A stretch of DNA of 64,000 nucleotides from the human T2T-CHM13v2.0 reference genome, Homo sapiens. The DNA lies in NCBI RefSeq assembly GCF_009914755.1, contig NC_060934.1. The stretch is one strand, 5' to 3'. Positions 58,376 to 64,000 of this stretch are shown here, piece by piece. The translations under genes were made by a program, and so were the position numbers. The notes beneath the pieces are model-generated. The model made no database searches and had not been told where the DNA came from. It worked only from the letters and a program-made list of their open reading frames with translations. Position 1 is the stretch's first letter, and every line of letters begins with the position of its first letter.

Positions 58376-61300
58376 TCCCAAGCTGTTATGAAAAATAGTT
58401 TTAGACACTCTATGAAAGGTACAGAATTCCTCTTTTCTTTGAAATACTTGTGAATAGGGGTGTGTGTGCGTTTGCGCATGCACGTACATGTGTATACATA
58501 CATATACACATGCTATATGTACCATATATATATTGAAAGAGAGAATGATCAGGAGACTCCTATTTAAAGTATGCTTAAAAACTTCAGTCACCTATAACCA
58601 TCCTACCCTCAGGCCTGGCCTTTTGAAACCAGAAAGACTTTTTCCTTTTCCCCAATTTTCTGTCCTATTCAGTCCCCCCACCTCTGAGCCTTGTCAGTGA
58701 TGGTGGATGACAAGAAAGAAATATGTTAGATGCCAGGTGGTGGAGTAGGCATTCACTCTGTTTGACTTTTTTCTATTGGATCTACAACATAGAAATAGAC
58801 AAATCACACACCTACGGAGTTGTCTTTAGGATTTGATTAGCTGACATGTGACCCTGCTAAGAGCCAGCAAACTCTCCTCATCCTATCTGCCCTCTTCATC
58901 CTGGCAGAAGAACCCTGGTTCATTATTTCTGAGAAAAACAATCACAAGTAGCTCCGTGGTTGTCCTGGTGAAGATAGAGAAATGGGAGAGGTATCTTTTT
59001 CCTTACAAAGGAAATTGATATTATTACAGATAGATGATATAAACTTTTAAATGCCATGGTGATATAGCTGCCTGATTCCTAAATAAAGAATATAAATAAA
59101 TAACAGGAGTATAGTTGGTGGCATAAGCAAAACTCACCCATTTTCCCTTAAATGGGCTGGCAAACCAGGGCTGAGAGGAGACAGTCGGGGAGATTTAAAC
59201 TAGGAAATCAGAGAAATGCTGCAGGAAGACACAACTCACTCCATAATGCATCCTATTTACGAGGCAAATAAATATCAATTGTGTACAATATTGCCATGTC
59301 TACAAAAGCAAAACTCCCATCATTTTGACAGGTGTTTTGCATACATATGAACTGCAAGATCAAGCTTGATATGTGTGATTTCTTACAATAATCAGTATCT
59401 GAATCTTCTGGAGTTGGCATGCAGCACTCTGTGAAAGATGTCACATTTAGACTCTGCCTTACATAAAATGTGTGCAATGTCTATGCTTAACTCCCGGCAC
59501 CTGTCTCTGCCTTATTTTCTCTGCCCACTTAAAATATCTTATAACAATGTCCCCATGTTTACCATTTTTTTTCATACGCAGAGTTTTGAACGTGGTACGT
59601 TTGAAAGTTTTGTAGGAAAAATCTTTTGCATGGTGAAAGCAGTTTATAGCAAACCTACATATCTACAGAAACACTTGTATGGAAAAAAGAAAAAAAGAAG
59701 AGTGCTGCCAGACATTTCACAGAATTCAGTGCTGCAATGTACCCAACATGGATGAAATCTGGTCCCAGCAAAACAGGATTTCTTTCTGTGAGAAAATCCC
59801 GCGGCATATAGTTCCCCAGCTTCCTTTATAATGTATCTTCCTTCATTCCCCAATCTCCTCCCCTTCAATGGATTCAACTTTCAATTTTCTACCATTTCCC
59901 TGCAAAATGTCTAGAATCTATTCTTTGGCTTCTCATAATTCCTGTCCTGATTCCATTTCCACACCATTTTCTCCAACCTCATGTCTCTTCCCTTTTTTTT
60001 TTTTTTTTTTTTTTTTTGGCAAAAGGTCACCGTGAAGGCAAAATAGGTTAGCGAGAAGGCAGCTTCTATTGGGCTATGCTTCAATTTTTCTCTTTTGAGT
60101 TTCTCCCTACCTCCTTGGCCATTTCCTTAAACCTGTCTACACAGCTGTACACCACTGAAAGTGGGGTGTTGATATGCCAAAGAAAAATGGGCAAACTCCG
60201 TGTGCCAGCACACCATCACATGAACAGAAAATGAGAAACTGAAAATACATTTGGTGAAGGAATTCAGGAAACTGAGGGACAAATTGTCACAATGAAGATT
60301 TACCCCCTTGGTGTCAACACACCCAGGAAGATCAAAGTGAAAGACGAGGTAGAAGCTAATGTCAGCCCACAGAAGCTGGATGTGAGCACAGAGGCAGGCA
60401 GGCCAATCATGGGTAGAAGGATAGAGCTCTCTAGGGGAGCTAAGTTCAGAGCCCAGAGATGGCGAAACCTGAGAGTGTTTTAGAACCAGAAAGGCACTGT
60501 GACATCCCTGAGGTAATTTAGGGTGCTGTAAGTAGAAGCGGAAAGGAATAATTAGAGGAACTACATTCTATTCAGGTTTGTAGGAAGAATAGGATGGAGA
60601 GAGTCAGAGACTTATGAAGGCCCTCATCTTCATCACTTCTAGGGGGCTGATGGCTTCAAAGGGATGGAATCCAACATCTGACAAATCCGGGTGTTTATCT
60701 TGCTCCTAGGAAGTAAGGATGGTTCTTTATTCCTTCAAACTTAAGGATATTACTTTTTCTCTCCTTAAAATCAAGGAAATTAATTCTACATAAAAATAAT
60801 TATATATAATATGTGTATAAATAACATACATATTCATATAGATTATATATATGTATACATATATGTATGAATTTGAGAAATAAATAAAGGAAAATGAATT
60901 AATTCAAAAGCAAAGACTGACTGTCCAGACAAAATAAGCTGGAAGATCATTAAGCAATTTACTCCAGAGAGTGTTCAGATATTACCATTAACACAGAAAT
61001 ATAGGACACTGACATTCTTCATAACAGATGCTCTTGAAAAATGAAGGGTTTGAAAAAAAGAATAAGGAAAAATAGCTAATATATGATAAACAGCTCATAG
61101 AATCAGAAAGAAATACAAATAAAAAAACTGTCCTTTAAAAAATATGGAAAATTTATAAACTTGATTTTCTTCAAAAATCATTAGTTTCAGAGTACTACAA
61201 AAATATTTTTAGTCTACACTGTATGAAAGACATATATTTTCAGATAATAACACATGGAGGCAAATTAGCTTTGTGTTTGCATCTTGCAGACATTGCAGTA

Positions 61301-61807
61301 AACATTTAGCCACCAATATCAATAATAAGTTTGTTTTATTCAGTATAATAGTCTTCAAAACATAGACCTGTGTTTACAGATCAAGATTAAATCAAGGGGT
61401 TATTATTAACCCTGGTAGTGACCTCTCTTTGCTGAAAATCAAATAAATCTAACAGGCATTTCTTTTAACTAAGCCCTTGAAAGAGAGAGGTTCTATCAGT
61501 GTTTGCAAAGACTGTTAAACTAGAACAAGAATTAGCTATTTGTTTCTGGTTTACTTTGCTTTAATATTTTAATGGTGCTATAAATTTTGGAGCTAATTAA
61601 CATAAGAAAAAGTTCCATCCAGTGTTTTAAAATATTTTAGAACATTCTATAAATAGTTTCAGACAATCTTCTGACTCATGTTTAAAAACATGTCCAATTT
61701 ATATCAGAATAACTCAAAATTGCAAATAACACCACCTTCCACCCAGAATCACTTCTGCTTAAGACACAGTAAAAGTAACCAGATTTACTCCCCTGCCTGA
61801 AACAACC

Positions 61808-62171
61808 TGTTATAATCTGTTTAGTCTGCTATAACAAAATAGCTTAGACTGGGTAATTTACAAACAATAGACATGTATTGCTGATAGTTCTGGAGGCTGG
61901 GAAGTCCAAGATCAAGGCATTGACAGATTTAGTGTCTGGACTGGGACAGTTCCTGGTAGATGGTATCTTCTATGTATCTTTAAATGGCAGAGGGAGTCAA
62001 AAAGCTCCCCCGGGCCTCTTTTATAAGGACACTAATTCCATTCATTAGAGCTCTGCCCTCATGACCTAATCACCCCCCAAAGCACCTCACTGCTTAATAT
62101 TATCACACTGGGGATGAGTTTTCAACATATGCATTTTGGGGGTTGGGCACAAACATTCAGGACACAGTGCA
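61808..62171 (-). mobile_element. MLT1A/MST-type MaLR LTR nested in L1 5' end
   Basis: CTGCTATAACAAAATAGCTTAGACTGGGTAATTTA...GTTCTGGAGGCTGGGAAGTCCAAGATCAAGG...CCCTCATGACCTAATCACC. Confidence 0.88.
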
Positions 62172-62373
62172 AACAAAAACAAAAACAGATGGACAAAACA
62201 TATGAAACAACAATTTTCAAGACCCACTGGACATATGACAACAATGATCCCTGAGAGACGGTAGACAAATGAGGTAGGCCCTGTGATTGTCCCAGCTACT
62301 ACTCTAGCTTACTTACAAGCCATGTTGAGGGAGGGGAGAGAGATGGAGCTGAGAGTCCGGGGAGACCAAGGAG

Positions 62374-62408
<35 letters not shown>

Positions 62409-63370
62409 CAAACTCTGGGAGTTCTGCAGAGGGTCCCCCTTCAGTATTTATCTGAGTACAGACCAAACTGTGCACGTGGGGAAACTACCTAAAGCCAGAG
62501 GGGAAAAACTACCTAAAAGGATGAGGAGATAATGCAATGTAATAATGAAAAATATTTAGTTGATCAAACACAAGGCAAGAACACAGGGAAAAGGGAGCAA
62601 AGAATATACAGGACAAATAGAAAACAAGTAGAAAGATAATAGATTCACATTTATCCACACTGATAATTATATTAAATGTAAATGGTTAAAATGCATAAGT
62701 CATCAGCTTGGACCAGAAAAGAAAACAAGCCTCAACTACAGTTGCCTACAAGAAACAGACTTTAAATATAAAGGCAAAAATAGTTTAAAAGTAAAAGAAC
62801 TTTTACTTTCAAAGTTCTTTTAAAACTTTTAAAAATATACCAAAATATACCATGCTAAAACTAATTTTTAAAAAGTGGAAGTGACTATATCAGTATTAGA
62901 CAAAGCAGATTTCAAGGCTAAGACTATTAAGGGATATAAAAGAGTGCACACAGAATATTTACCAAGATAAACCGTATTCTGTCTCATAAAAGGTCTCAAT
63001 ACCGTTAAAAGGATTCAAGTTATATAATGTATACTCTCTGACCACAGTGAAATTAAATTAGAAACCCATAACAAAAAGATGTTTGAAAAATAGTCAAGTC
63101 ATTGGAAATTAAATATACCTGTATCTATTAAATAATTATTTGTTGTTGAAAACCTTCCCACAAAGAAAGTTCTGGGCTCAGATGGTTTTGTTTGTCAATT
63201 CTACCAAGTATTTAATAAAAAATACCAATCCTACACAAAATCTTTTACAAAAAGAGAGAATATTTCCCAAGTAATTTTTTGAGGTCAGTATTACTCTGAT
63301 ACCAAAAGCAAGCATTACAAGAAAAGGTAAGTATAGTATGATATCCCTAAAGAACATACATGCAAAATTG

Positions 63371-63458
63371 TGCAGAATTTTAGCAAATACAACAAATACA
63401 TAAAAGCATAATAAATGCAGAATTTTAGCAAATACAGTAAATACATAAAAGCATAATA
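63371..63458. repeat. 45-bp tandem duplication
   Basis: TGCAGAATTTTAGCAAATACA(AC/GT)AAATACATAAAAGCATAATA twice. Confidence 0.93.
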
Positions 63459-64000
63459 TGTTTTGAACAGGATAGTTTGTCCCGGGAATGCTAAGTGGAT
63501 TTCACATTCAAAAGTCAATTAATGTGATTCATCACATTAATGAGCTAAAAAAGATAAAATCATCTCAGTGGACATAGAAAAAGCACTTGACAAAAATCCA
63601 ACATCCATTCTTGTTTTTCCAAAAAAAAAAAATTTCAGCGAACTCAAAATTGAAGAGATTTTTCTCAACCTGATAGAGGGCATTTATGAGAAATCTATAG
63701 CTAATATCTTCTTTTAATAAATGTTTCGAAAATTAATGAGATCAGTGCAAGCAATGGTGCCCTGGGTCTTTGAGAAAGTAGAGCTCACGTCAGCTGCCTG
63801 ATTTGGTTTTGTGCCTACTAAATTTTTTAGATCCTAGGCTAGGGTTTTGTGAAATGCTTTATCTAGTGTAACTGGCGCTTCCTGCTGCCAGTCTACATTC
63901 ATTCGTCTTTAGCCTGCACCACCCTTAACTAGGGAGGCCGATGGCTGTCTCTCCTCAGGTTAACTGTCTGGGGATTTGGCCTCAGAGACAACACAGACGT

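Larger units (their letters stand above)
61750..63715 (+). mobile_element. Old L1M: 5' end plus deleted ORF2 fragments
   Basis: 5'-end text (GATCCCTGAGAGACGG..ACAAATGAGGT; GGGGAAACTACC) and ORF2 text (ATTAAATGTAAATGG, CTACAAGAAAC, CTCTGACCACAGTGAAATTAAATTAGAA, GACATAGAAAAAGCACTTGACAAAAATCCAACATCCATTC). Confidence 0.8.

Overview
Primate (human-like) non-coding genomic DNA, either intronic or intergenic. I found no supportable protein-coding gene, RNA gene, CpG island or CRISPR array. The window is a layered fossil record of transposable elements: about 25 Alu elements or monomers (FLAM, AluJ, AluS, one AluY-like), L1 fragments, L2, MIR and L3/CR1 remnants, a probable decayed RTE-X/L4 relic, MaLR/ERVL LTRs (including a near-complete LTR-internal-LTR MLT1 provirus), and DNA-transposon MITEs (MER45, Charlie-type, MADE1). 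Several microsatellites and a few repeat-poor blocks that may be regulatory are also present. Subfamily names are by-eye matches to remembered consensus sequences and need RepeatMasker/Dfam confirmation. I see no evidence of a new gene system. The most unusual signal is structural: several short local template-copy scars. These are a nested palindrome at 10244-10478, a perfect 28-bp inverted copy from 13150 to 14171, an ~80-bp direct copy at 18026/18964, a 31-bp direct copy from 42843 to 43622 and a fold-back at 62788. Two composite retro-insertions are each bounded by a single target-site duplication: an Alu-L1 chimera and a three-arm Alu.
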